Source: an uncultured Bacteroidaceae bacterium (GTDB lineage: Bacteria; Bacteroidota; Bacteroidia; Bacteroidales; SM23-62). Taken from it: a stretch of 47,802 nucleotides of DNA. Made by a program: the position numbers and the translations under genes. Shown here one piece after another: positions 36,296-44,912 of the stretch (the stretch's first letter is position 1; the number at the start of each line of letters is the position of its first letter). The stretch lies in NCBI GenBank assembly GCA_964540005.1, contig CAZILN010000289.1:1-47802 (forward strand). The letters run 5' to 3'. The notes under the pieces are model-generated. The model made no database searches, was not told where the DNA came from, and saw only the letters and a program-made list of their open reading frames with translations.

Positions 36296-36922
36296 ATGAA
36301 CATACATTCTTACCCATCTGTCCTGCTGGAAGAGGCGGTCAGGGAATTTGCCCGCCTGCCGGGTATCGGGCAGAAAACAGCCCTGAGGCTGGTGCTTTAC
36401 CTGCTGAAAATGGACGGCCAGGCGGTGGCATCCTTCAGTAATGCCCTGATCCAGCTGAAGAACCAGGTTAAGTATTGTAAGACCTGTAAGAATATTTCGG
36501 ATACGGAAGAGTGCAATATCTGTTCAAACCCGAAACGGGATGCAGGCTGCGTTTGTGTTGTGGAAAATATCAGGGATGTGATGTCATGTGAGAACACCGG
36601 CCAGTATAACGGCCTTTATCATGTGCTGGGGGGTATTATTTCCCCAATGGACGGTATCGGTCCGGGAGACCTCTTCATCGACTCACTGGTGGAAAGGGTT
36701 GCATCAGGACAGGTAAAGGAGGTCATTCTCGCCCTGAGCACCACCATGGAAGGGGATACCACGAATTTCTATATTTATAAAAGGCTGAAGGATTTTCCCG
36801 TAGAGGTAAGCACCCTGGCCCGTGGAGTGGCAATCGGGGATGAGCTGGAGTATGCCGATGAAATAACGCTGGGAAGATCCATCGTAAACCGTACTCCATT
36901 CGAAGATTCCCTTAAGAATTGA
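36296..36922 (+). CDS. recR: Recombination mediator RecR
   Basis: [12 protein letters not shown] HhH, CKTC...CNIC zinc finger, [28 protein letters not shown]. Start set at ATG 36296. Confidence 0.97.
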   Translation: MNIHSYPSVLLEEAVREFARLPGIGQKTALRLVLYLLKMDGQAVASFSNALIQLKNQVKYCKTCKNISDTEECNICSNPKRDAGCVCVVENIRDVMSCENTGQYNGLYHVLGGIISPMDGIGPGDLFIDSLVERVASGQVKEVILALSTTMEGDTTNFYIYKRLKDFPVEVSTLARGVAIGDELEYADEITLGRSIVNRTPFEDSLKN

Positions 36923-36995
36923 TGAGCCTGTAAACCTGAAATGTATAAAACCTCAGAAGTAAAAATCATGATTACATCCAACTAAACGGATAGCT

Positions 36996-38231
36996 ATGGA
37001 ACTAAAAAACGGGAAGTATTTTATTGACGGTATACCCGTCCTGAAACTTATAGAAAAGTATGGTTCACCCCTGTACATTTACGAGACAGCAAGGATGAAA
37101 TCACAGTATGAAAGCCTGACAAAAGCATTCAGCAAGGCGAAGACAGAAATTTACTATGCCTGCAAGGCACTTACCAATCTGAATGTACTCAGCTATTTCC
37201 GTTCCCTGGGGTCCGGACTGGATACCGTGTCCATACAGGAAGTGGAGCTTGGACTGCAGGCGGGATTCAAACCTCAGGACATTCTGTTCACCCCTAACTG
37301 TGTTTCCATGGAAGAGATCAATGAGGCTGTTGAAAAGGGGGTACGCATTAATATTGATAACATTTCCATACTCGAACAGTTTGGTCACCAGTACGGGAAG
37401 TCCATCCCTGTCAGTGTCCGGATCAATCCGCACATCATGGTAGGTGCCAACAGTAAAATAGCCACCGGGCACATTGATTCGAAATTTGGTATATCCATCC
37501 ACCAGTTGCCCCTGCTGCAGCGGGTGATCGAAACCAATAATATGATGGTGGAGGGAGTGCATATGCATACCGGCTCAGACATTCTAGATGTGGATGTCTT
37601 CATCCGTGGGGTGGAGATCCTTCTTGAAACCGCCACGAAATTCAGGGATCTTAAATATATTGACATTGGAAGCGGCTTCAAGGTGGCATACCGGCAGGAC
37701 GATATTTATACTGATGTTGAGTCGCTGGGACAAAAACTTACAGAGCGGTTCAGCCGCTTCTGCAAGGATTATGGCAGACAGCTTACCCTGATCTTTGAAC
37801 CGGGAAAGTTCCTGGTCAGCGAAGCGGGGTGTTTTGTGGCCCGGACCAACGTAGTAAAACAAACCACTTCGACGGTTTTTGCCGGAATGGATACCGGGAT
37901 GAACCATTTCATCAGGCCCATGTTCTATGATGCCTGGCATGAAATTGTGAATGTTTCCAATCCCGGGGGCAAACCCAGGATCTATACGGTGGTGGGGTAT
38001 ATCTGCGAAACGGATACCTTCGGATGGAACCGGAAGATATCCGAGATCAGCGAGGGCGATTACCTGGCTTTCAAGAATGCCGGTGCCTATTGCTTTGCCA
38101 TGTCATCAAACTATAATTCCCGCTACCGTCCTGCTGAAGTACTGGTTCATGAGAAAAAGGACCTGCTTATCAGGAAAAGGGAAATACAGGATGACCTGAC
38201 AAGGAACCAGGTCGTACACAATATATTCTGA
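36996..38231 (+). CDS. lysA: Diaminopimelate decarboxylase
   Basis: YACKAL (PLP Lys), SKFGI, HMHTGS, EPGKFLV, GYICETD, GAYCFAMSSNYN. Confidence 0.95.
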   Translation: MELKNGKYFIDGIPVLKLIEKYGSPLYIYETARMKSQYESLTKAFSKAKTEIYYACKALTNLNVLSYFRSLGSGLDTVSIQEVELGLQAGFKPQDILFTPNCVSMEEINEAVEKGVRINIDNISILEQFGHQYGKSIPVSVRINPHIMVGANSKIATGHIDSKFGISIHQLPLLQRVIETNNMMVEGVHMHTGSDILDVDVFIRGVEILLETATKFRDLKYIDIGSGFKVAYRQDDIYTDVESLGQKLTERFSRFCKDYGRQLTLIFEPGKFLVSEAGCFVARTNVVKQTTSTVFAGMDTGMNHFIRPMFYDAWHEIVNVSNPGGKPRIYTVVGYICETDTFGWNRKISEISEGDYLAFKNAGAYCFAMSSNYNSRYRPAEVLVHEKKDLLIRKREIQDDLTRNQVVHNIF

Positions 38232-38237
38232 ACAATA

Positions 38238-38291
38238 AGTTAGCAGGTTCGCAAGTTATAAATTCGCAAATTAGCAAGTTCCAGGTTCGCA
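38238..38291. repeat. Seven degenerate 7-8-bp tandem units (consensus RRTTMGCA) between lysA and the GT2 gene
   Basis: AGTTAGCA GGTTCGCA AGTTATA AATTCGCA AATTAGCA AGTTCCA GGTTCGCA. Confidence 0.75.
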
Positions 38292-38316
38292 ATACGATTC
38301 GGACTAAGGAGAAAAC

Positions 38317-40305
38317 ATGGATCTGTCCATAGTCATAGTAAACTACAACGTCAAGTACTTTCTTGAGCAGTGTTTGCATTCCGTACAAAAAGCATCACAG
38401 AAACTTAATGTCGAGGTATTTGTGGTGGACAACAACTCTGTGGACAGTTCCTGTACCATGATCAGGGAGAAATTTCCCGGTATTCACCTGATAGAGAACA
38501 AGCAGAACCTGGGATTTTCGAAAGCAAACAACCAGGCCATCAAAAAATCGAAAGGGAAATACGTTCTCCTGCTGAACCCTGACACCGTTATTGAAGAGGA
38601 CACACTGGATAAATGTTTTCGTTTCATGGAGGATCACCCTGAGGCGGGGATACTGGGTGTGAAAATGATTGACGGGAAGGGGCGTTTCCTGCCGGAATCC
38701 AAAAGGGCACTGCCCCGGCCCATGGTGGCTTTCTATAAGATATTCGGCCTGTCACGGCTGTTCCCCCGGTCAAGGATATTCGGAAGGTACCACCTGGGGT
38801 TCCTGGATAAGGACCAGGTCAACGAGGTGGATGTACTTCCCGGTGCCTTTATGCTCCTGCGGCAGTCCGCACTTAAGGTAACAGGACTCCTGGATGAGGA
38901 ATTTTTCATGTACGGGGAGGATATTGACCTTTCCTATCGCATGATCAAAGCGGGCTTTAAAAACGTCTATTTCCCTGAAACCACCATCATACATTACAAG
39001 GGGGAAAGCACCAAGAAAGGCAGCCTTAATTATGTGCTTACCTTTTATAATGCTATGATCATTTATGCCAGAAAACATTTTTCTCAGAAGATGGCCAAAT
39101 CCTATACCCTGCTGATAAACCTGGCCATATATTTCCGGGCCATACTTGCCATAACCCGCAGAACCCTTAAAAACATCATTCTGCCCCTGTTGGATATCAT
39201 ACTCTTCTACACGGGATTTTTGCTGATCAAACCCGCATGGGAATCATACCGTTTCCCTTCAGGTGGCAGCTACCCTCCTGAATTCATGTATTTAGTGGTA
39301 CCCGCCTACATACTTACATGGATCATTGCACTGTATTTTTCCGGTGGATATGATAAACCCCTGAAGCTTTTCAGCGTAATAAAAGGGTTGTTGTCGGGAA
39401 CCTTCATTATCCTGGTTATCTATGCCCTGCTGCCGGAAACACTGAGATTCTCTCGTGCCCTGCTGCTGCTGGGTGCCGCAGGTTCACTGCTGATGAGCCT
39501 GGCTTCACGGTTTCTGCTGGGGGTACTCAGGATCCCGGGCTTCGAACTTCAGCTGTTCCAGAAAAAACGTATTATAATAATCGGTACTGACACAGAAGCA
39601 CAAAGGGTGGAAAGCCTCCTGAGAAAGACCGATCACAAGCCGGAGATCATCGGCATTATCTCACCGGGCAACAAAAAATCAGCCGCTGCCATTGGCATGG
39701 TCAACCAGCTTGAAGACATAATCAGGATCAACCGTATCAATGAGATCATCTTTTGTGCACGTGATATTTCTTCACAGAGCATTATTCACAAGATGATGCT
39801 GCTCCAGGAGAGCGGACTGGAATATAAAATCGCCCCTCCCGAAAGCCTTATAATAATCGGCAGTAATTCCATTAATACTGCAGGGGATCTGTACCTGATC
39901 GATTTCAATTCACTGAACAGACCTGTTAACATACGGAGTAAGCGCTTATTCGATTTCCTGATGTCCCTTTTCCTCTTTGTTCTCTTCCCGGTAATGCTCT
40001 TCATTGTCAAAAGACCACTCAGGTTCCTGGCCAATGCATTCCTGGTATTATCGGGGTATTTCAGCTGGGTGGGATATGCACCGGGAAGCATTCAGGAACT
40101 ATATGATCTGCCTGCTGTTAAAAGAGGCATCCTCAGTCCCCTGGACGGATTGAGGGAAACGATCCTGGAGGATGGTATTAACGAGAGGGTCAATATTACC
40201 TATTCACGTGATTACAGTATCTTTACTGATCTGAACATACTCTGGAGGGGGATGAAAGAACTGGGCAGGAAACCATATCTAATACCGGAAGATGGCACAA
40301 ATTGA
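38317..40305 (+). CDS. Family 2 glycosyltransferase fused to a membrane region and a degenerate sugar-transferase-like C-terminus
   Basis: SIVIVNYN, VVDNNSVD, LLNPD, FFMYGEDIDL; then 4 TM segments, a Rossmann-like IIIIGT and KRLFDFL followed by a TM. Confidence 0.9.
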   Translation: MDLSIVIVNYNVKYFLEQCLHSVQKASQKLNVEVFVVDNNSVDSSCTMIREKFPGIHLIENKQNLGFSKANNQAIKKSKGKYVLLLNPDTVIEEDTLDKCFRFMEDHPEAGILGVKMIDGKGRFLPESKRALPRPMVAFYKIFGLSRLFPRSRIFGRYHLGFLDKDQVNEVDVLPGAFMLLRQSALKVTGLLDEEFFMYGEDIDLSYRMIKAGFKNVYFPETTIIHYKGESTKKGSLNYVLTFYNAMIIYARKHFSQKMAKSYTLLINLAIYFRAILAITRRTLKNIILPLLDIILFYTGFLLIKPAWESYRFPSGGSYPPEFMYLVVPAYILTWIIALYFSGGYDKPLKLFSVIKGLLSGTFIILVIYALLPETLRFSRALLLLGAAGSLLMSLASRFLLGVLRIPGFELQLFQKKRIIIIGTDTEAQRVESLLRKTDHKPEIIGIISPGNKKSAAAIGMVNQLEDIIRINRINEIIFCARDISSQSIIHKMMLLQESGLEYKIAPPESLIIIGSNSINTAGDLYLIDFNSLNRPVNIRSKRLFDFLMSLFLFVLFPVMLFIVKRPLRFLANAFLVLSGYFSWVGYAPGSIQELYDLPAVKRGILSPLDGLRETILEDGINERVNITYSRDYSIFTDLNILWRGMKELGRKPYLIPEDGTN

Positions 40306-41593
40306 AATCAGCCTTCCGGCACTGGGGGAAGGTGTTATAGAAGCAGAGATTACACGCTGGCTTGTCGGGGAAGGGGAAAAGGTGGAAGCAGAACAGCCTG
40401 TGGTGGAGATAGCGACTGATAAGGTTGACTCGGAAGTACCGGCAGCCGATGCAGGGATCCTGGTAAAAATACTGATAGGCGAAGGAGAAACAGCAAAGAT
40501 AGGGCAGGTCCTGGGCATCCTTGAAACCGATGCCGGAACATATGCTGCACCGGCCGCAGCAGACCATTCCGCCATTAACACAGAAGATACTGATGTCCTG
40601 ACAGGGAACAGGATCTCCGCAATAGTCTCTGAATCAACCGTCCAGGACTATACTCCGCCCCAACCCAGTCGCACGCATTTCCTTTCTCCTGCTGTCAGGA
40701 ACCTGATAAAGGAACACCGGATCAGTGATGCAGACATTTCAAACATACAGGGTACGGGAGAAAACGGCCGGATCATCATTGCTGACGTAAGGGCCTTCCT
40801 TGCAACAGGTGGTGCAGGCACCGCAGCAAGGGAGCCCGATAAAGCTGTACCTCTGATACCTGAGGAGCTCATCTACGGCGGTCCCGAGAACGAGATCATA
40901 GAAATGGACAGGATGCGCAGGATCATAGCCCGGCATATGTCGTATTCCAAGCAGGTCTCCCCACATGTAAATTCATTCATCGAAACGGATGTTACCGACC
41001 TGGTTTACCTGAGGAACAGTATTAAAGACAGGTACCTTGAGAATCACGGGCAGAAACTGACCCTTACGCCAATGATACTGACAGCAGTCATCAGGGCAAT
41101 TAAAGACTTCCCCCTCATAAACGTGTCGGTTGACAGGGAAAGGATCATCCTGAAAAAGAGTATCAATATAGGAATGGCCACTGCTCTTCGTAACGGCAAC
41201 CTTATTGTACCTGTTATTAAAGATGCTGATAAATTGAGCTTTAAAGCCCTGGTTTCTAGGGTGAACGACCTGGCGGACCGTTCGCGCGAAAACCAGCTCC
41301 GTCCGGATGAGATCCGGGGTGGCACATTTACGGTGACCAACCTGGGACCATTCGGCAGCCTCAGCGGCACCCCCATTATACACCAGCCGGAAGCGGCAAT
41401 CCTGGCCCTGGGAGCCATAAAGAAGAAACCCGCCGTTGTTGAAACAGAGGGGCGGGAGGCCATAGGGATCAGGCATATCATGATCATGTGCCTGGCTTAT
41501 GACCACAGGGTAATAGACGGGGCCCTGGGCGGCATGTTCCTCAAACGGATCAGCGATATTCTTGAAAAAGAAGTACCTGAGACCGGTTTCTAA
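40292..41593 (+). CDS. 2-oxoacid dehydrogenase E2 (dihydrolipoamide acyltransferase)
   Basis: Lipoyl domain EIATDKVDSE, E3-binding LSPAVR...GTGENGRI, catalytic YDHRVIDG. Confidence 0.93.
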   Translation: MAQIEISLPALGEGVIEAEITRWLVGEGEKVEAEQPVVEIATDKVDSEVPAADAGILVKILIGEGETAKIGQVLGILETDAGTYAAPAAADHSAINTEDTDVLTGNRISAIVSESTVQDYTPPQPSRTHFLSPAVRNLIKEHRISDADISNIQGTGENGRIIIADVRAFLATGGAGTAAREPDKAVPLIPEELIYGGPENEIIEMDRMRRIIARHMSYSKQVSPHVNSFIETDVTDLVYLRNSIKDRYLENHGQKLTLTPMILTAVIRAIKDFPLINVSVDRERIILKKSINIGMATALRNGNLIVPVIKDADKLSFKALVSRVNDLADRSRENQLRPDEIRGGTFTVTNLGPFGSLSGTPIIHQPEAAILALGAIKKKPAVVETEGREAIGIRHIMIMCLAYDHRVIDGALGGMFLKRISDILEKEVPETGF

Positions 41594-41676
41594 GAAATAA
41601 CTTGCTGATACAGTATCTTTATGAATGCTTATAATATTGTTAAAATTTGTTTATTTTGTGTGATTATTGAAACCAC

Positions 41677-44600
41677 ATGAGAAGTTTCTCAATTATTTTA
41701 CTTCTTATTGCCACCACGATCAACCTGTTGCAGGCACAAATTGAACTGGAACACAGGGAAACATGGCTGGAAGCCGAATCCTTCTTCCTGTTTGAAGAAT
41801 ATAACGAAGCCTTTCCTTATTACACTCAGCTTTACGATTACTATCCTGATAACGACAACATTAGTTATAAAATCGGAGTATGCCTGCTCAATGATCCCTT
41901 CAGAAAGGATGAATCTATTGCTTACTTGGAAAAGGCTGTACAGAACATCAACCCTGATTACAAAGATGACTCCTTCCGTGAAACAATGGCACCGACAGAA
42001 TCGTATTTTTACCTTGGCAATGCATACAGGATCAACAACCAGCTGGAAAAAGCCATACGGACTTACAAAAGGTTCAAGGAAATAGGTGATCCTGATGTAT
42101 ATGATCTTGATCTTGTAGACGAGCAAATTAAAGCCTGCGAAAATGCACAGGAACTGATGGGCCGTCCTGTGGATTTCAAACTCACTAATGTCGGAGAAGT
42201 TATAAATTCAAGGTTCTCGGATAAAAACCCGATTCTGTCCGGTGACAAAACCAAGATGGTTTATCTGCAGGTACAGCAGTTTACCGATGCATTCCGTTAC
42301 TCTGAAAAAATAGATGGCCAGTGGTCCTACCCGAGGGTCCTGAACCCTGAAATGCTGCTCGATGTCGATGAACTGGCCTATCCTACGGGCCTCTCATATG
42401 ACGGCACAGAAATGTTGCTGTATATGAGCGATGATTATAACGGAAATATCTATATCAGCCATAACATCGATGGCTTCTGGACGCCCCCTGAAATACTTAA
42501 CGACAATATCAACACCAAGTACTGGGAGTCCCATGCCTGTTTCAGCAGGGATGGAAAGACCATTTATTTCACCAGCAACAGGAAAGGGACCGTAGGCGAT
42601 CTCGATATCTATTATTCAGAATTTGATGAAAAGCAGCAGGACTGGGGAAAAGCAGTAAACCTTGGTAAAGTGGTGAATACCGAATACAACGAAGAAGCGC
42701 CCTTTATTTCCATGGATGGCAAGACCCTTTACTTCAGTTCATACGGGCATTTTAATATTGGCGGATATGATGTTCTGTATTCCAATCTACTTGAGGATAA
42801 TTCCTGGTCATCCCCCATAAATATCGGATATCCCATCAATACAACAGATGATGATTTGTTCTATCATCCCTTTGAGGATAAATATCATGCATACTTTCCG
42901 CGCTATATAGAGGATGGTTTCGGCCAGACCGACATTTTCCTTATCGAGATCTTCTCGGAAGAGCATCCGCGGAAGTTTACGATCAAGGGGATAGTAGGTA
43001 TACAGGACCTGCAACTGCTGACAAGACCTATTTCTGTCACTATAGTGGAAAAATATACCAGGGATACGGTAACGGTAAGGTATGCAGATATGGAAACCGG
43101 GGCATTTGATTTCGAAGCCACCAGGGGAAGCTATGATCTGCTGATCGAGAGTGATGAAATCAAGGCAATTGTTGACAGCGTAGTCATCCCGGAAGGGTAC
43201 AGGGAAGACGAATACATTATTAAACCGGACCTGACCGTATACAATACTGACTCAATAATTGAACTTTTCACCCCTGAGGTAGCCTATAAGATCATGGCCC
43301 GGGATACCCTCTACCGTGTCAGTACTGATGATCCTGTGGATATTGAACTGGGGGTCGAAGAAAAGGCTGTCCTGCTTGTGGAAAATTATACCTGGTCAAA
43401 GCTGCCGGCACCGGATACTATGTTTGCAATGGATACAGTAGTGGCTGCTGATACTGTGGTGGCAGCTGATACTGTGGTGGCTGCTGATACAATAGCTGAT
43501 GCCGAAACCATGATGCTTACCCTGCGGGAAACTGATACCCTGGAGATTGATACTTCGGTGATCCATTATTATTTTGTGCCGCTGCTGGGTAAGAACCTGC
43601 TGAAATTTGCCATGTTTGACTCATCAGGAAAGGTAAGCTATCAGGATATAAGCGTAATCTATAGCCCTGAACTGGCACTGACGGAAATAAGCGGGATGGA
43701 TACAGGGGATACCCCGGTTGCAGCTGTGAGTGACTCGCTGGTTATTGCTGCTATGGATACAGCTCCCGCTGTAGTTGTACCGTTTAGGGTTGATCCCGGA
43801 CTAAAAGAAACTGTTGAAAGGCTGTCAGGATTGGCGGATGGCGAACTGAAAAAAACCCTTCAACAACTTGACCTGGAAGAGGAAGGTATCAGCACGGAAG
43901 AAGAACTCATGGAATACCTGAAAGATAAAACCGATCGCTACGGCTACAGCAACCAGGAAGTCCAGGACCTGATAATCGACCGCATCCAGCATAAATACCT
44001 TAATGAGTATATAGCCCAGTTAAGCGGGCTCAGTAATGATCCTGCATTGATACAGTGTTTCGAGGATATAGATCTTCAGGAAAACAATATAAGCAACCTG
44101 CAGGATATATATGATCACATGATCAGCAAGACAGAATCTTCTGGTTTTGGGATCCCCCAGGTCAACGGGGCCTTCTCTCTCTTGTCTCAACGTGCAGAGG
44201 CAGAGGATATAATCGCTGAAATCAGTGCCGGATCCAACCAGTACCTCAGTGAGTTCATCACAGGTCTGAATATGGAAAAAGCCGGAATTAGCAATACCGT
44301 CGAGCTGTTCAATTTCCTTTTAGTCTCAGCAGATAAAAACGATTACTCTGAGAATGATGTGCTCCAGATCATGTTTGACTACCTTAACGAAGAAGACCTG
44401 AACCAGATGATGGCCATCCTTGAAGAAAATGCTTCCGGTGAACTGCTTGCAATCCTCGGCAAACTGGATCTGCAGGCTGAAAATATCCATGATGTTTCTG
44501 ATTTGTTTGCATACCTGCTGACACAGGTGCAGGATATGAACATGGAGGAATCACTGGTCTATAATGTTTTCCTTGATCTTGTTGATAATGTGGAAAAAAA

Positions 44601-44739
44601 GACGGTACTCGAAGAACTGCTTATTACTGAATTGCCTCCTGAACCTGAAACCAGGGGCTTTATATACTGGACTGCAGGTGCTTCAATCCTGCTCATCCTG
44701 ATGCTGGTGTTGTATTTCAGGAGAAGAAATAAAATATAA
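41677..44739 (+). CDS. Large TPR + PD40 beta-propeller protein with helical repeats and a C-terminal TM anchor (PorE-like N-terminal half, no OmpA domain)
   Basis: Signal peptide (LQA/Q); TPR (YFYLGNAYRINNQLEKA), PD40 blades (DGKTIYFTSNR, DGKTLYFSSYGH..IGGYDV, NIGYPINTTDDD) and C-terminal FIYWTAGASILLILMLVLYF-RRRNKI. Confidence 0.85.
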   Translation: MRSFSIILLLIATTINLLQAQIELEHRETWLEAESFFLFEEYNEAFPYYTQLYDYYPDNDNISYKIGVCLLNDPFRKDESIAYLEKAVQNINPDYKDDSFRETMAPTESYFYLGNAYRINNQLEKAIRTYKRFKEIGDPDVYDLDLVDEQIKACENAQELMGRPVDFKLTNVGEVINSRFSDKNPILSGDKTKMVYLQVQQFTDAFRYSEKIDGQWSYPRVLNPEMLLDVDELAYPTGLSYDGTEMLLYMSDDYNGNIYISHNIDGFWTPPEILNDNINTKYWESHACFSRDGKTIYFTSNRKGTVGDLDIYYSEFDEKQQDWGKAVNLGKVVNTEYNEEAPFISMDGKTLYFSSYGHFNIGGYDVLYSNLLEDNSWSSPINIGYPINTTDDDLFYHPFEDKYHAYFPRYIEDGFGQTDIFLIEIFSEEHPRKFTIKGIVGIQDLQLLTRPISVTIVEKYTRDTVTVRYADMETGAFDFEATRGSYDLLIESDEIKAIVDSVVIPEGYREDEYIIKPDLTVYNTDSIIELFTPEVAYKIMARDTLYRVSTDDPVDIELGVEEKAVLLVENYTWSKLPAPDTMFAMDTVVAADTVVAADTVVAADTIADAETMMLTLRETDTLEIDTSVIHYYFVPLLGKNLLKFAMFDSSGKVSYQDISVIYSPELALTEISGMDTGDTPVAAVSDSLVIAAMDTAPAVVVPFRVDPGLKETVERLSGLADGELKKTLQQLDLEEEGISTEEELMEYLKDKTDRYGYSNQEVQDLIIDRIQHKYLNEYIAQLSGLSNDPALIQCFEDIDLQENNISNLQDIYDHMISKTESSGFGIPQVNGAFSLLSQRAEAEDIIAEISAGSNQYLSEFITGLNMEKAGISNTVELFNFLLVSADKNDYSENDVLQIMFDYLNEEDLNQMMAILEENASGELLAILGKLDLQAENIHDVSDLFAYLLTQVQDMNMEESLVYNVFLDLVDNVEKKTVLEELLITELPPEPETRGFIYWTAGASILLILMLVLYFRRRNKI
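43414..43497 (+). repeat. 18-bp coding tandem repeat (DTVVAA)n
   Basis: GATACTATGTTTGCAATG GATACAGTAGTGGCTGCT GATACTGTGGTGGCAGCT GATACTGTGGTGGCTGCT GATACAATAGCT. Confidence 0.9.
43801..44595 (+). repeat. Four ~66-aa protein-level repeats
   Basis: Units start at 43801, 43999, 44200 and 44398. Aligned cores: LDLEEEGIST / IDLQENNISN / LNMEKAGISN / LDLQAENIHD. Confidence 0.75.
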
Positions 44740-44771
44740 GCAACAATTTTCTGAAATTCCGATTTTAGTTA

Positions 44772-44886
44772 TAAATTTGCTATACTACCATAAAAGTATG
44801 CTTATGACAGTATACCACTGTAACAACTGTCATGCTGCAGTAATTTTTATCATTGACTTTTATGGTATAAATCCCGAAGAATCGGG
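44772..44886 (+). promoter_or_regulatory. -7 box TAAATTTG (44772-44779) followed by a structured 5' leader
   Basis: Nested stems TACCATAAAAGT/ACTTTTATGGTA (44786-44797 / 44856-44867) and ATGACAGT/ACTGTCAT (44804-44811 / 44826-44833), plus CCCGA-AGAA-TCGGG (44873-44886). Confidence 0.6.
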
Positions 44887-44912
44887 CAGGCATTAATACA
44901 AACTATTATCAC

